Shown here: positions 10,501 to 19,792 of the stretch, piece by piece
Layout: every line of letters starts with the position of its first letter
Position numbering within the stretch: position 1 is the stretch's first letter
Virus record (IMG/VR): IMGVR_UViG_3300012662_000011
Length of the DNA: 64,000 nucleotides
Strand: one strand, 5' to 3'
DNA from: a virus
Taxonomy: Duplodnaviria; Caudoviricetes
Program-made: the position numbers and the translations under genes
The notes under the pieces: generated by a model
What the model was told of the DNA's origin: nothing
Seen by the model: the letters and a program-made list of their open reading frames with translations, nothing else
Databases searched by the model: none

Positions 10501-10982
10501 TCTGCTTCCGTTTTTCCGTTCGGATTATATAGACCACAATAAGACATAGAGCTATTTACACGTGCTACAAACTCGTAAATATCTCCACCAAACGTAAACT
10601 TTGTCTGGTTGCTTCGGTATTTATCTGTCATTTGTGTTGCGGTATCACTCGTAACGACATCAAAGAATAAGGTGTTATCAAGCAACTCTCTGTGGGATGT
10701 AAAAGTAAGTTCATGCTTATACTGTCCAGTGCTATTATCCTTACTCGATGAAGGGATTGATGTAATGTAATATCTGTCTCCATCAAACTCTACATACTCA
10801 TCGTAAGTCCATTCTTTATCTAACGGTGTGGGATAATAAAGGGTTGCTGTTATTGTTGGAGCACCACCCATACGTTTTCTTTCGTTTGTGTATGTTCCAA
10901 TAGTAGCAACATTGTCGTCTGACGGAAAGTTTTTTATCTCTCCGTTTACTACCCTCTTTATATATAACGTTCCTACTTTCAT
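4572..10982 (-). CDS. Large tail tip/host-specificity protein (2136 aa)
   Basis: N-terminal tail-hub-like region, central coiled coil, repeated carbohydrate-binding-like modules (GRNLI..., YTLSFWVKG, KLEQG). Confidence 0.75.
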   Translation of the reverse strand: MKVGTLYIKRVVNGEIKNFPSDDNVATIGTYTNERKRMGGAPTITATLYYPTPLDKEWTYDEYVEFDGDRYYITSIPSSSKDNSTGQYKHELTFTSHRELLDNTLFFDVVTSDTATQMTDKYRSNQTKFTFGGDIYEFVARVNSSMSYCGLYNPNGKTEAEKGYYLVVDEGYGTDEVKEISFENQYLTNVLQLINTEYELDYYWVGNVCHVGKVQYDLTEHILEYGRDKELLSIGKENANTKLVDMITGYGSTDNIPYYYPNNDEYGIAIFNSTNIDNPLVDISLAKLQKAFGADYTGKYTLVKRMSRKAVISNDRFPFRFMLNPTQFAPSTKPYTFSYSFEIAINCEVGTVIKEPSINITYITADGINVFSQSEKLDFHLRTKSEEFKNIYFNGRYECLTSDIYIFTFVDLINVYNETDKTIPFEKGIIDAQAGGYIELDYSNHKEDYYWVKDNDKVADYSASGITLNTDEAQKTAAINDFSFYNDGEIDSELTTFKIPYYTYSEGFVEGSDTSAIKIDITGRKWIDPVSNLMPSVYRSSNGAERFYYAKDDTYKIPDTDNYYTFKNLYKQGFPHQGSVSYDDIKPTINGVKNSKGELFGEITDVAFDSNDSDVKGSDGETFLHQYFYIKLHIFDGEFGFNLFKQALASDNAKINMIDCQGCPACVFPIESYWDSGKNNCYNILNTDGNGNLVATGKLDTENGYKGDYIFLDNNESISDTKNQNTQEKEIWIAVQKETSTLGIVMPNAAAGFKPKKGDKFVITGIQMPPSLVYAAEKRLDDALIKYMSENNEDQFNYSIKFSRVYLAENPDFASKLNENSKLAIRYNGNTEPKEVFVSNYTVKVESNALASIEVELTNSLEVAASDIKQIIDSVKGETVRSLTSLVSGSENSFNANIADKLYLSKRTDDTAYGLISFLKGISLGTNYSISELGDAFLRVIQGKGYYISEDGDVVFREIASSDYDYAAQSGYGMKRREDGKFKLSLTDLEVWGKAVFHELEIRKLSYVGGNFIFSPAGSTLMHVEEVKNETAQGVSSIITGYKCYFLADNGTTATENMWKVGDLAYSQSFGIKEGVYENVGNRRYWRKVTAVSSESEQITDADGNVLYDGQKFGWITLSNLIPGAGYEDGSDAPRAGDAVCCLGNVSDEERQNAIEIQTVGDLAPAIIQYGGIKTFSLTNCVKTQISPKGNKFIGDFSTTTGTDIGGAITDINSNLSDTNGRITNLNDYTTNAVKKIEGEITDVKKTAEDAESDAQDALEGVTQVKGSVTTLQTDVNGIKGTVAGLSTKVDKNGEQIGALETSVSEIKQTADSISLKVDQQSVRGRNLIPRSYFFNTSRIYGIGQRKFTLEAGKYYSLSVNGHIDAALKNGGGVLRVFIFNFGWTFAVNLDIDSTTDITATLTFKLEGNGSFTPPSTGEYYFQAYPFHPTGKFKDTKPQEDGLITLNWAQLEEGSVCSPWSLHESDPAISGNFLPVLSDSKWSRVGDIQEGALDTGFRKLQALHYKNTSSSEVDVLYMNNIFAPDSGEVYTLSFWVKGSGTFKSFLYPEACERVADNFGQVGTGEDGYLPHTLTSDWQRIRIAYCIKQLFGNYFYNAGFNAASGYTSNWDVTGSTRHIASAADGWGGQYISKSSGASYCEISQAVGASLWASWWTVTFKSKSPSVMRIYLSGISLDTIDNSGMTVCVDGVDQSVKSDSGVLYVEVDASATAYTEHSITFKASSALSSARIYFRTYGSYFFITKPMLTPSSQKSGFSTREQGTVRCILPCRLAAGSEVWIGGVKLEQGGRMTDYTEDGVSVDELLATGIDIRSRKITATADTFEVRNNQGTTTAKVNADGVFETNDIVCNGGTFKNIKSTDMTAEGGTFTNITAESGTYKNIQVTENSWISNGKFCGEKQSDGTILGGFSVGSQGLTYDIPQGWLGSSKGAASNITIQGADGSLSSKIGVIFDNNYLMGAELKVKYSKNDTPWGSYNVAAWLEASGNPQGQNYAFMGTGHGILRGMIEGTSFALISSSKLEIGTVDLQFYGNRWLFDCPLGVVNVYLPARGGVATFLGNSGAWSLRIMVICSPTSSNSVKISGRQSSGTWASTEEPILYNKSGSQVSSITVNKGQIMEILLVWDGTNYYAMHIKDNG

Positions 10983-12475
10983 TCTTCTGTGTTGGCTTGT
11001 TGTTCTAATTTAACCTCATTCTCTTTCTGGAGTCTAACCTCTTCGTCCGGGGTTGAAATCGTATTCTTTTCTATACCAGTCTTCGTTGAAATAAGACCAC
11101 TACCTTTCAATGTACACAACATCTGATTATAGCTATTTTCATCAAATGGTTGCCACGGCTTAAATGCTGCACTAATTTTCATCTGTTCAAATTCAGTGAT
11201 AGCATTTTTGTTTTCACCACTTGATACAAGTTGTTTAGCCAAGCCTTCTTTGAATAGTCTTGCATGTTTGCTTACAAAATTCTGCCATTCAATTACAGAG
11301 TTAGCTGCATTTTCAATATCAAGTGAACGCGTCATTTGAATAGCCAATCCGCTAATATCACCACTTGACTTTACATCTTTCGGTAATATAAATGTGCACC
11401 CTGTTGCAATTTCTATCTGATCGAGAATAGTTTGCATGAAGTCAATCATATTTTGAGGGGAAGGTGGAGCTTTAAATTCTACATTACCTTTCCCATCTAA
11501 TGTGGTATCTTGCAGTATTATTGATCCGGCAAGTTTCTGTACTTTCTCATTTACCTTTCCTTTGATATATAGTATTCCCCATCCGTGTCGCTTCTGAATA
11601 ACCGCAAACAAATTGAAGATTATCTCAAAAAGTTCAATTAAATCCTGTCCTTTATCCCATGCAACGGGTCCACGTTTTGTTATTAGGGGACTTTCGGAAA
11701 ATCCGTGTTCCTCAAAATAAATCAACCCCCATCCTGTTTTCACCTCTCCTGTTTCGGTGTTTACTACCTCACTATCCGAGAAGTGGTAATGATAAGTATC
11801 ATCATAGGCATCTATATGTCTTACCCCATCTTCTGTTCTGTAATAAACACAATCCAGTAAAGGTTCTCCGTTATCATCTTTGTGTGTGATAATCTGATAA
11901 CCATCAGCGTAAGAAAACAGACGCGATTTAACCTCGTCCTTTTCGTTCATATATACAAGCAATCCTACATCCCCAAAACTCTGCTGAATATCAACAGCGC
12001 GTGTTTCTATTCCGTCTTGATTGCTTTGTTCCCAGTGCCATTTGAAATCTGCGAAGTTTTTCTTTAGTTTGTTTGTCGGATTACTGTCATGTAGTGTAAA
12101 TACACGCTTGTTGCCGCAAAGAGAAAGGGTTTTCTTTTCCTTGATACGGATTTGCATCGGGAGTCCAAATTTCTTAAATTCGATTTCCTGGTAGCCACCA
12201 TCTTCAAGCTTTACACAGATGCTTGGTAGATTTTTATCAAAAATAACATCATGACTTTCCGGATCAAGCTCTTTTGCAAAACGTTCTTGACTTACAATAA
12301 TTTTTTTGTATTGAGGAAGTATTGCTTCTTTTTTACAGAAGGAATAAACTTCCTTTCCATCATCTGAGTCTTTTATGTAAACACTGCTTACTCCGCGTGT
12401 AAATGGTTTTTTAAATAAAAGCATTTGCGGATTTGATAGAAAACTCTTGATAATATCCTGTCTTTTCCTTCCCAT
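10979..12475 (-). CDS. Portal protein (SPP1 gp6-like)
   Basis: 498 aa near TerL; SGDISGLAI motif and C-terminal ISTKTGIE...EEVRLQKE. Confidence 0.8.
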   Translation of the reverse strand: MGRKRQDIIKSFLSNPQMLLFKKPFTRGVSSVYIKDSDDGKEVYSFCKKEAILPQYKKIIVSQERFAKELDPESHDVIFDKNLPSICVKLEDGGYQEIEFKKFGLPMQIRIKEKKTLSLCGNKRVFTLHDSNPTNKLKKNFADFKWHWEQSNQDGIETRAVDIQQSFGDVGLLVYMNEKDEVKSRLFSYADGYQIITHKDDNGEPLLDCVYYRTEDGVRHIDAYDDTYHYHFSDSEVVNTETGEVKTGWGLIYFEEHGFSESPLITKRGPVAWDKGQDLIELFEIIFNLFAVIQKRHGWGILYIKGKVNEKVQKLAGSIILQDTTLDGKGNVEFKAPPSPQNMIDFMQTILDQIEIATGCTFILPKDVKSSGDISGLAIQMTRSLDIENAANSVIEWQNFVSKHARLFKEGLAKQLVSSGENKNAITEFEQMKISAAFKPWQPFDENSYNQMLCTLKGSGLISTKTGIEKNTISTPDEEVRLQKENEVKLEQQANTEE

Positions 12476-12478
12476 ACC

Positions 12479-13030
12479 TTATTCCTCTTTTAGTCCGTAA
12501 TGTTTCATGCAAGCTTCTTTTGTTGCCCAATAACTACATTCTCTATGTGTATGAGGGCACACAATATCATGTTTCTGTGGTACAACAATTATTCTTTTCT
12601 GTTTCATGCTTTCCTCCATGTTAAACTTATCATTCAGTTTTACACGAATGTCAGCCTTCATTTTTATAGCATCTTTCGGTTCTATTCGGTGTTCATCCAA
12701 CATCTTATCAATAGAATATAGAAGCTTGAAAAGCTCACTCTTATTTTCTTCCTTTGTTACAACCTTTTCAGAAACACCACAAATACCAAATGGCTCTAAC
12801 GCTGTAATCATAGGTTTAAATATGGCACTATTATATCTTTCATCACCATTTCCTTTTGTGCGATATGCGTATCTATACGCCCTATCCTTATCGTCAAGCG
12901 CATTATATAGAATGGCAAAGATTATATCTTTCTCTGTCGCCTTCGGAAACTCTTCTTTGATACTGCTTAGTATCAGATCTATATCGCTATTGTTTAACAT
13001 ATTCTGTTTGTTTAATTCTACTAATACCAC
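12479..13030 (-). CDS. Hypothetical protein between TerL and portal (possible small terminase; start may be Met at ~13000)
   Basis: Position only; C-terminal CPH..REC...C motif. Confidence 0.5.
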   Translation of the reverse strand: MVLVELNKQNMLNNSDIDLILSSIKEEFPKATEKDIIFAILYNALDDKDRAYRYAYRTKGNGDERYNSAIFKPMITALEPFGICGVSEKVVTKEENKSELFKLLYSIDKMLDEHRIEPKDAIKMKADIRVKLNDKFNMEESMKQKRIIVVPQKHDIVCPHTHRECSYWATKEACMKHYGLKEE

Positions 13031-14640
13031 AAGGTTTCATCGTATATCGTTTGTCGAACACCTGTATATCTTTCCTCGTAATGGCTTTCATCTGCCAACT
13101 GAAAACCATATTCAAGTTCTCTTCCATACTCCATTTCAACACACGGACGCATACGCATGGCGCATGGGTCAAGCAAGTCCATTGAGCGTCCTCTTCCAAG
13201 TGTTGCGTTCATTTGTTTTTTTGTTAGCAGTCTTTGTCTTCCGTTAAGCAGGGTAGAAAACCTTACAACGGCACACTCTTCCAAAAATTCATTCTGTACC
13301 GTTACTCTGAATTTTAGATTTTGGTGTGTATATGTTTTATTGGCGACTTCATCCGAAAATGAAATATTCCCATCATTTATCATTCTTACAAGCCGCAAAT
13401 AACATAAATCCTTTGTTGTTGCTGCTGTGTATGCGTATAAGCCTATTGGCTTTGTTGCGGAAAGATAAGGTGTGGCTTCAGGAATGTAGTCATTAAAATA
13501 TCTTCCGGCTGTTGCATCGTATATAATGTGCGAAGGTGCAATACCACAATTTTGTGCAAACGACATTACTTGCTGTGCGTTTTGCCGCGGTGTGGAATGT
13601 GTTACAATTAATATATCGAATACATGAAAGCCGTTCCATGCTAAGGCTATCATATTGTCTGTACCAAAGTCTGCAAGGTCTACCGTTACCCATAATTCCC
13701 CATTTTGTTTTGGATCTACAAGAAATACATCTCTTGCTGCTGATGGGCTGATTGGTGCGTTTAGTTCGTCTTCTGGGTCTACGTTAAAGTTTCCCTCAAG
13801 AAGTGCTTGCGACATCTTCCCTCCCGATGCTGCAACCGAACCTATATAGTCGGGATTCTTCTCAACAAGCCCTTTGTTGCCTGATAACTTACCTTGATAG
13901 AACACAAAGCTCTTGATAAGATTTTCATAAGTAAAGTTACCTCCAACGGCTTTTAATTTGCGCTCTATATCTATACGACACTTTTGGTAGACTTCCGCCT
14001 TTGTGTTACCCCATACTACATCTTTTACATCTGGACCATTGACATAGAAGTATCTTACAACACCATCTCTTTCTGGTATTATGAAACCGTCTGGTCCAAT
14101 ATACCAATCAAGAAATATCCTCGTCCAATGACTTCTTTTAGGGTTGAGGGTTGCAAATATCTTTCCGGTAAAAGTCTTACTCTGTCCTCGGTTACGTGTC
14201 ATAACGTAAGAAAAACCCTCCCATGACATCTCGGTAAGCTCATCTATGGCAATTGCATCGTATTCCCAACCTTTAGCACGCTCTTGTAGCTTATCCATAT
14301 TAGAGTCATCCAAATAGGTAAGGTCGCAAAATGTACCATTCGGGAATGACACTCTTGGGCTGTCTGACTCTCTCACTCGGATATAATCCGTTCCGTAGAT
14401 TTGTTTGAATTTTTCCACGAAACCACCTCCGGCTTTTTGGTTTCCCAAACTCCTTCGGCTAATCATACATCTAAAATCCGGGTCTGTCATCAAAGGTTCA
14501 GCAAAAGCAAGCACAAGGGCATAACTTTTCCCGCCGCCCGCCGCGCCACCACCGAATACAACATCTACCGATGTGCTCGTGTATGCCTCCTGAAACCCTG
14601 GATTAGGTTTGATTATTATATCTTCATTGCGTTCCGTCAT
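13021..14640 (-). CDS. terL: Terminase large subunit
   Basis: Walker A GGAAGGGKS, Walker B IAIDE, ATLNP coupling motif, nuclease VDLA..GTD and MDLLD. Confidence 0.92.
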   Translation of the reverse strand: MTERNEDIIIKPNPGFQEAYTSTSVDVVFGGGAAGGGKSYALVLAFAEPLMTDPDFRCMISRRSLGNQKAGGGFVEKFKQIYGTDYIRVRESDSPRVSFPNGTFCDLTYLDDSNMDKLQERAKGWEYDAIAIDELTEMSWEGFSYVMTRNRGQSKTFTGKIFATLNPKRSHWTRIFLDWYIGPDGFIIPERDGVVRYFYVNGPDVKDVVWGNTKAEVYQKCRIDIERKLKAVGGNFTYENLIKSFVFYQGKLSGNKGLVEKNPDYIGSVAASGGKMSQALLEGNFNVDPEDELNAPISPSAARDVFLVDPKQNGELWVTVDLADFGTDNMIALAWNGFHVFDILIVTHSTPRQNAQQVMSFAQNCGIAPSHIIYDATAGRYFNDYIPEATPYLSATKPIGLYAYTAATTKDLCYLRLVRMINDGNISFSDEVANKTYTHQNLKFRVTVQNEFLEECAVVRFSTLLNGRQRLLTKKQMNATLGRGRSMDLLDPCAMRMRPCVEMEYGRELEYGFQLADESHYEERYTGVRQTIYDETLWY

Positions 14641-14644
14641 ACTG

Positions 14645-14652
14645 CAAAAGTA
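14645..14652 (-). promoter_or_regulatory. Bacteroidetes -7 promoter element for the terL operon
   Basis: TACTTTTG matches TAnnTTTG; 4 nt before the terL ATG. Confidence 0.6.
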
Positions 14653-14749
14653 TAAATATATGACCTTATAAGCACCTCTCGTTCCACTCCTTATTTGTCA
14701 TACGACAAATGCTTGAAGTAAAAATCTTTATCGTTATTTCGTTAAAGTT

Positions 14750-14757
14750 TACCTTTG
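14750..14757 (+). promoter_or_regulatory. Bacteroidetes -7 promoter element for the head-tail operon
   Basis: TACCTTTG upstream of the scaffold gene. Confidence 0.6.
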
Positions 14758-14784
14758 CGTAGGTTTTAATTAAAATATCAACAA

Positions 14785-15417
14785 ATGAAGTTTACAAAAG
14801 AACAGCTTTTAGACACCCTAAAAGAAAAACTCACAGAAAACGGAAAACACCTTTCCGTTAGCGAGAAAACAATCAAAAGTTTAAGTGATACCCACTATGA
14901 CCTTTTGACAAATGAAGAGACAGAGTTGAATGATTTGGTCGGCAAGATATTGCCTTTGTATGTTTCTTTAAACGGAAACTACGAAAAAGACAATGCAGAC
15001 TTTATCAAGAAATGGAAAGAAGAACATCCGGATAATACCCCTAATGACAAAAAGGATGACGCACCGGATAATTCCTCAAAAAAGTTGGAAGCCCTTATAG
15101 AAGAAGTCAAGGCTTTAAAGGCGAAAAACGATGAAAACGAAAAAATCAAACTTATCTCTTCAAAGAGAAGTGAGCTGCTTAAAATGTTCAAAGAAAAAGG
15201 TATAAAAGATGATAAATGGACTGAAAAGTACATGAATAAACTTTCCTTGACTGAGAACACGGATATTAAGAAAGAGACCGAAGATGCTTTAGATTTTTAC
15301 AATCTATCTCACTCAAAAGGCGGAATATCTACACCTGACAACCCAGACTCTAACGGTAACGACAATCCTATATCTGCAAAAAGATGGGAAGGTGTAAACA
15401 AAGTCCTTAATAGGTGA
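14785..15417 (+). CDS. Capsid scaffolding protein
   Basis: Charged, helical 210 aa protein upstream of capsid genes. Confidence 0.6.
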   Translation: MKFTKEQLLDTLKEKLTENGKHLSVSEKTIKSLSDTHYDLLTNEETELNDLVGKILPLYVSLNGNYEKDNADFIKKWKEEHPDNTPNDKKDDAPDNSSKKLEALIEEVKALKAKNDENEKIKLISSKRSELLKMFKEKGIKDDKWTEKYMNKLSLTENTDIKKETEDALDFYNLSHSKGGISTPDNPDSNGNDNPISAKRWEGVNKVLNR

Positions 15418-15447
15418 AAAGTATAATAAATTTTAATATCAAAAATT

Positions 15448-16200
15448 ATGAGTGATTATTATTCAAAACAAGCTTACGGTGGTGCATTTGTCGGCAGAAC
15501 GCTCATTCAGGCACATGGTAACATCGGAGGACACAAGAATGTCTTTGTTAAGCTCGCCACGAGCGGAAAGAAGGCATTGTGCTACCCTACATCGGGTGGA
15601 GTTCTTGTAAATCCATTCCCGGGTCGAGCAAAGATTTATGCCGGAGATATTTGTGAATACACACCAAATCAGGATACATCACATGGCGCAAGTGTGAAAG
15701 TGTTAAAGTATTACGAACTGGCAAAAGATGCAACTACTACCGACACTACGTATAAGTTTGTTCGCGATGGTTATCATCACATTCCGTTTGTTGGTGATAA
15801 TATTATGGTCGGACAAAAAGACTTTACCATAAAAGCTGTTGGTGCTACAATTACAAAGGTTGAAAAAGGTGTAGAAGGTTCTGTTGATGTTTGGAATGTA
15901 ACAGTATCTGTAACACTTGGAACTCAACAGAAAAAAGGCGATGTGTTCGTTGAAGCAGAAAAGGCTGGTTCAAGCGTTCTTCCAATGGTAACTAATCCAA
16001 ACGCTTATTCAGACAAAGATGCAGACTTTCTTTACGACCCACGTACTGGTGATACAGATTACGATGGTGCTCTCTATCTGTTTACGCCTGCATTAGCAAA
16101 CGAGGATACAATCATAGACCTTGTGGCTATTGGAAATCTTCCTCCTGCTGTACTCGCACTCAACAAGAGCCGTGTAAAGAGTTGGTTCTGGTTTAACTAA
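15448..16200 (+). CDS. Putative capsid decoration/auxiliary head protein
   Basis: Beta-rich 250 aa protein between scaffold and major capsid gene. Confidence 0.55.
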   Translation: MSDYYSKQAYGGAFVGRTLIQAHGNIGGHKNVFVKLATSGKKALCYPTSGGVLVNPFPGRAKIYAGDICEYTPNQDTSHGASVKVLKYYELAKDATTTDTTYKFVRDGYHHIPFVGDNIMVGQKDFTIKAVGATITKVEKGVEGSVDVWNVTVSVTLGTQQKKGDVFVEAEKAGSSVLPMVTNPNAYSDKDADFLYDPRTGDTDYDGALYLFTPALANEDTIIDLVAIGNLPPAVLALNKSRVKSWFWFN

Positions 16201-16246
16201 ACAAGCGGACAAAACAACACTATTAAGACTTTAAATTAGACGATTT

Positions 16247-17428
16247 ATGCAGAGATTTGATTTTAACAATACAGATTACGCTCTGTTGTTTAGATCTAAA
16301 GATGGCGGAAACGAACTGTTTCAGTCCCTTGTAGACAACACGGAGATACTTAACACAAATGAAAACTGGGCACTCTCACAGGGACGTATCGCAGATGTCC
16401 CAACACCAACCGATGATAAAGGTGTTGCAGCATTTCAGATTGAATCATACAAGCTGAAAGCCGCACCTCTTATGGACTTGCGTGCACCTCTTGGTGAATC
16501 AAACCAGATGGATGCAGAAGGTTTGGATATTTACACAGCTTCAATTCCGGACTTTATCGCAAGAGGTTGGGTTGAGACCGCAGCGCAGCGTGCTTACAAA
16601 GAGAGAATTTTCAATCAGTTTGGCAATTCAGACAGACTGCTTGCTCGTTGGATAGAAGACACCCTCGTTACAGGTTTGAGTTCAGCAAAGGCAACTCTAA
16701 ACAACATGACGGGACAGTTGGAAACAACAGGTAAGATTGACTATGTAGGACTTGGAGCCGGTGCTTACGCAAGAATCCATAACGCTAATATTCCAGAAGA
16801 GAACTTTGAGAAGGCAGGCGAAAAGGTCTGGACTGCTGCTGACTGCAAAATCCTCACACAGATGCGTAAGAAGGAGGACAAGTACCGTGATAGTCGCGGC
16901 GGTTACAATGGTCCACTTGTTTGGAAAATGACAAAGAAGTTCTACAACGAAACTTTCTTGCAGAATCAGGAAGTGAGAGACCTTTATGTAACATGGTGTA
17001 AGGCTAATTATATCGCCTACGTAGAAGGTATGCCAATCACAAACGAGCAGTTCTTGAAGTCTATTGCGGACATTCAGGGTATTTCTCCAATTGAGATTGT
17101 TACGGAGAAAGAACGCAACAAGACACGTACAACCGACACATTTGTACAGGGATGGAAAGATAATATTGTAGTGCTTCGCCCTGCCGGAGATGCGGTAGAG
17201 TTTAAGTATACCGATATTCTCGATCGTGAGATGTATTCTAAGTATGGCGCAAAGTCTATCGACTGCACGTTTGCAACTATGCTTAACGGCTTGGTTGTAG
17301 CAATGAATACTACTACAGACAATGGTCGCCTACAGGAGTGGCATACAGATGTCATGATGTCTGCTACACCTGCACTTCTATCGTTCACAAACCATGTGAT
17401 TATAGACACAGCCGTAGCTGGCGACTAA
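16247..17428 (+). CDS. Major capsid protein
   Basis: 393 aa; synteny; C-terminal VMMSATPAL resembles lambda gpE-type capsids. Confidence 0.75.
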   Translation: MQRFDFNNTDYALLFRSKDGGNELFQSLVDNTEILNTNENWALSQGRIADVPTPTDDKGVAAFQIESYKLKAAPLMDLRAPLGESNQMDAEGLDIYTASIPDFIARGWVETAAQRAYKERIFNQFGNSDRLLARWIEDTLVTGLSSAKATLNNMTGQLETTGKIDYVGLGAGAYARIHNANIPEENFEKAGEKVWTAADCKILTQMRKKEDKYRDSRGGYNGPLVWKMTKKFYNETFLQNQEVRDLYVTWCKANYIAYVEGMPITNEQFLKSIADIQGISPIEIVTEKERNKTRTTDTFVQGWKDNIVVLRPAGDAVEFKYTDILDREMYSKYGAKSIDCTFATMLNGLVVAMNTTTDNGRLQEWHTDVMMSATPALLSFTNHVIIDTAVAGD

Positions 17429-17461
17429 ATATAAAAACCGAACAATATCCAATCATTCATT

Positions 17462-17848
17462 ATGGGAATAGCAAAGTTTGATATATTGAACTATCTGAGC
17501 GGAATGACAAACTTCGTATTCGACAAGGCGGTTCTTGAACGAATTGCTATCGAGTGCGGAGTCGTAGATGTGGAATCTTACACTGATTTGACAGAAGAGA
17601 ACAAGGATAGATGCAAGATAATGCTGTTAGAAACAATTGTCTATGGTCCACATCAGACAGCATCCTCTACAAATCAGCATGGTTCATATACTCAAACTTT
17701 GGGTTCTCAAAGTATTACTACTGCATCGTTAGAGAATATCAAAGCCGAACTTCGAAGATTATACAACAAGTACAATGAGGAGGAAAAGCTTGAAGCATTA
17801 ACTAATGGTGATGGTGAAATGACTTGGATAAACGAGCTTGATTATTGA
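17462..17848 (+). CDS. Head-tail adaptor
   Basis: Size and synteny after the capsid gene. Confidence 0.55.
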   Translation: MGIAKFDILNYLSGMTNFVFDKAVLERIAIECGVVDVESYTDLTEENKDRCKIMLLETIVYGPHQTASSTNQHGSYTQTLGSQSITTASLENIKAELRRLYNKYNEEEKLEALTNGDGEMTWINELDY

Positions 17849-18221
17849 TATGTACACAGACAGAAATGCTCTGAAAGAATACGCTTACAAGGGAACGTTT
17901 TATAAAAACGAGACAAACACCCCTATTGACGGTAATCTACTTGGAGAAGATAGCGAATTTGAAGATGTTATACTTGTAACCAAGTGTGATATTCAGGAAA
18001 CAAACAAACTTTTCAACTCAGGTGTTATTACTATGGGGTATACAATATACTTTCCAACACCAACCGACGACGAAGGAAACGAAAAAATACCTGAACATCT
18101 AAAGCCTGGTATTCGTTTCCGTGGAGACATGTACGGAATGGCGGTAGAAGGAATGGTGATAGGCGTATATCCAACACAGATGCATGGCTGTGTAGCATAC
18201 ATTAAGGGAACTGATATTTAA
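17838..18221 (+). CDS. Head closure protein
   Basis: Size, synteny, beta-rich sequence (KCDIQ, YTIYFP). Confidence 0.5.
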   Translation: MIIDMYTDRNALKEYAYKGTFYKNETNTPIDGNLLGEDSEFEDVILVTKCDIQETNKLFNSGVITMGYTIYFPTPTDDEGNEKIPEHLKPGIRFRGDMYGMAVEGMVIGVYPTQMHGCVAYIKGTDI

Positions 18222-18230
18222 GGAAAAGAT

Positions 18231-18629
18231 ATGGCAAAGAAACCCCAACAAAGACTATCACGGATTGAGAACTTCTTTTCTATGCTTCTTGCACAGAAAA
18301 ACCTCTCAAAAAATATAATAGTCGGAGAATTACCCCCGACCACCGATAAAGAATGGGACGATTTTGTGAATGTAGATGTAGGACAACAACAAGACTACGG
18401 AGCGTACACGAGTGGATATGCCAACATATATCTTTACGCAAGACCTAAGGGTAGCCCACTAAGAAAGGATATTAAAAACCTTGACAGAATGGAGGGTATT
18501 CTTGATGATATAATAGAGAACTCCGACAATGAGAATTATGTTATTCAGGAACTTTATAGGGATTGCGGTTATGATTCTAATAGACAGTTTCATTTTGATA
18601 TGATTGCCGTTTCGGTTATAGTAAGATAA
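18231..18629 (+). CDS. Tail terminator-like protein
   Basis: Synteny immediately before the tail tube gene. Confidence 0.5.
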   Translation: MAKKPQQRLSRIENFFSMLLAQKNLSKNIIVGELPPTTDKEWDDFVNVDVGQQQDYGAYTSGYANIYLYARPKGSPLRKDIKNLDRMEGILDDIIENSDNENYVIQELYRDCGYDSNRQFHFDMIAVSVIVR

Positions 18630-18664
18630 ATCAACATAAAATTAAACGTTTAAACTTTACAATT

Positions 18665-19267
18665 ATGGCAGTAAACAACACAGGTACTAATGCTTACAAG
18701 CTTATAAAGCCAAAGTACATCGTAGCTACACTATTCACCGGAAAGGAAACAGACGAAACCTCTCCACTTGGTGATACTTATATTCTTGAAGATGTTGTAC
18801 GTGATACTACATCTATTTCACAGGATGATAATGAAACGACAGATATTGAGCGTGAAACATCAGATACCCCAATTACATCTATTGTAACGCTTGGTAAATG
18901 GCAGTTGTCTTCCGAAGTTGCTGATACCAACGGTACACTTCTCGCTGCACTTTGCGGCTTCACGTACGACTCTAAGGCAAAGAAAGCATACGCACCTTCC
19001 GGTTATGAGCAGAAATATGCAAAGATTGCTGTTGCTTTCACAAACCCAAAGGATGCAACAAAGCTCACAGCATTTGTTCTTCCAAAGGTTCAGCTTAGCT
19101 CAAAATTGACTATTGAGTCTTTGAACTCAAACTTGGGACGTATCGCACTTGCGGGAACAGCACAGCTTGTAACTGTAAAAGTCCCAGATGGTAGCTCGGG
19201 TTCTACTACTAAAAATATTAGTACACCATTCTGGACTGAGGAGGAGTATACTTTACCTACGGCTTAA
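18665..19267 (+). CDS. Major tail tube protein
   Basis: 200 aa, Thr/Ser-rich beta protein; followed by a terminator; upstream of chaperones and tape measure. Confidence 0.7.
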   Translation: MAVNNTGTNAYKLIKPKYIVATLFTGKETDETSPLGDTYILEDVVRDTTSISQDDNETTDIERETSDTPITSIVTLGKWQLSSEVADTNGTLLAALCGFTYDSKAKKAYAPSGYEQKYAKIAVAFTNPKDATKLTAFVLPKVQLSSKLTIESLNSNLGRIALAGTAQLVTVKVPDGSSGSTTKNISTPFWTEEEYTLPTA

Positions 19268-19295
19268 TATCTTTATATTTCTTTCATATATTTTC

Positions 19296-19332
19296 AAGGG
19301 GCGGTGGCTTTATTTGCCGCCAGCCCCTTTTT
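19296..19332 (+). terminator. Intrinsic terminator
   Basis: AAGGGGCGGTGGC...GCCGCCAGCCCCTT hairpin plus T run. Confidence 0.75.
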
Positions 19333-19344
19333 AATTATACTTAT

Positions 19345-19788
19345 ATGGGTAAGCTTTACAATACAATAATAAGCTATATTCTTGACTGCTTGGAAGAAGA
19401 TGCAAAGCGTATACTTCAAGAATGTGTCGATGAGAGAGAATACGAGCATAGGACAAAAAATCTTTACGACTCGTACGGGTATGGTATTTACCTCAATGGA
19501 AGATTAAAGAGAAAAGGTTACTTATCAACATCTCCGCAAGCTACAGAAAAAAAGAAGTGGTACGGAAGAGTTGTGAAGGGACGGACAGAGATAAGTAAAT
19601 ATCTAAGAAGTGGATATTCTCCAGGTAATGGCATAGAATTGATTACCGTTGCAGCAATGCCGTACGCTGAAATCCTCGAAGACGGAAGTGGCAGATTAAA
19701 GCGTTCATATAGGGTAATAACAATGTCATTTCAGAAATTGACAGATATTTCGAAAATGTACAATGGTAAAGTTAAAATAATAAGATAA
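19345..19788 (+). CDS. HK97 gp10-like neck/tail completion protein
   Basis: RTKNLYDSYG and AAMPYAEILE motifs. Confidence 0.6.
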   Translation: MGKLYNTIISYILDCLEEDAKRILQECVDEREYEHRTKNLYDSYGYGIYLNGRLKRKGYLSTSPQATEKKKWYGRVVKGRTEISKYLRSGYSPGNGIELITVAAMPYAEILEDGSGRLKRSYRVITMSFQKLTDISKMYNGKVKIIR

Positions 19789-19792
19789 AAAT

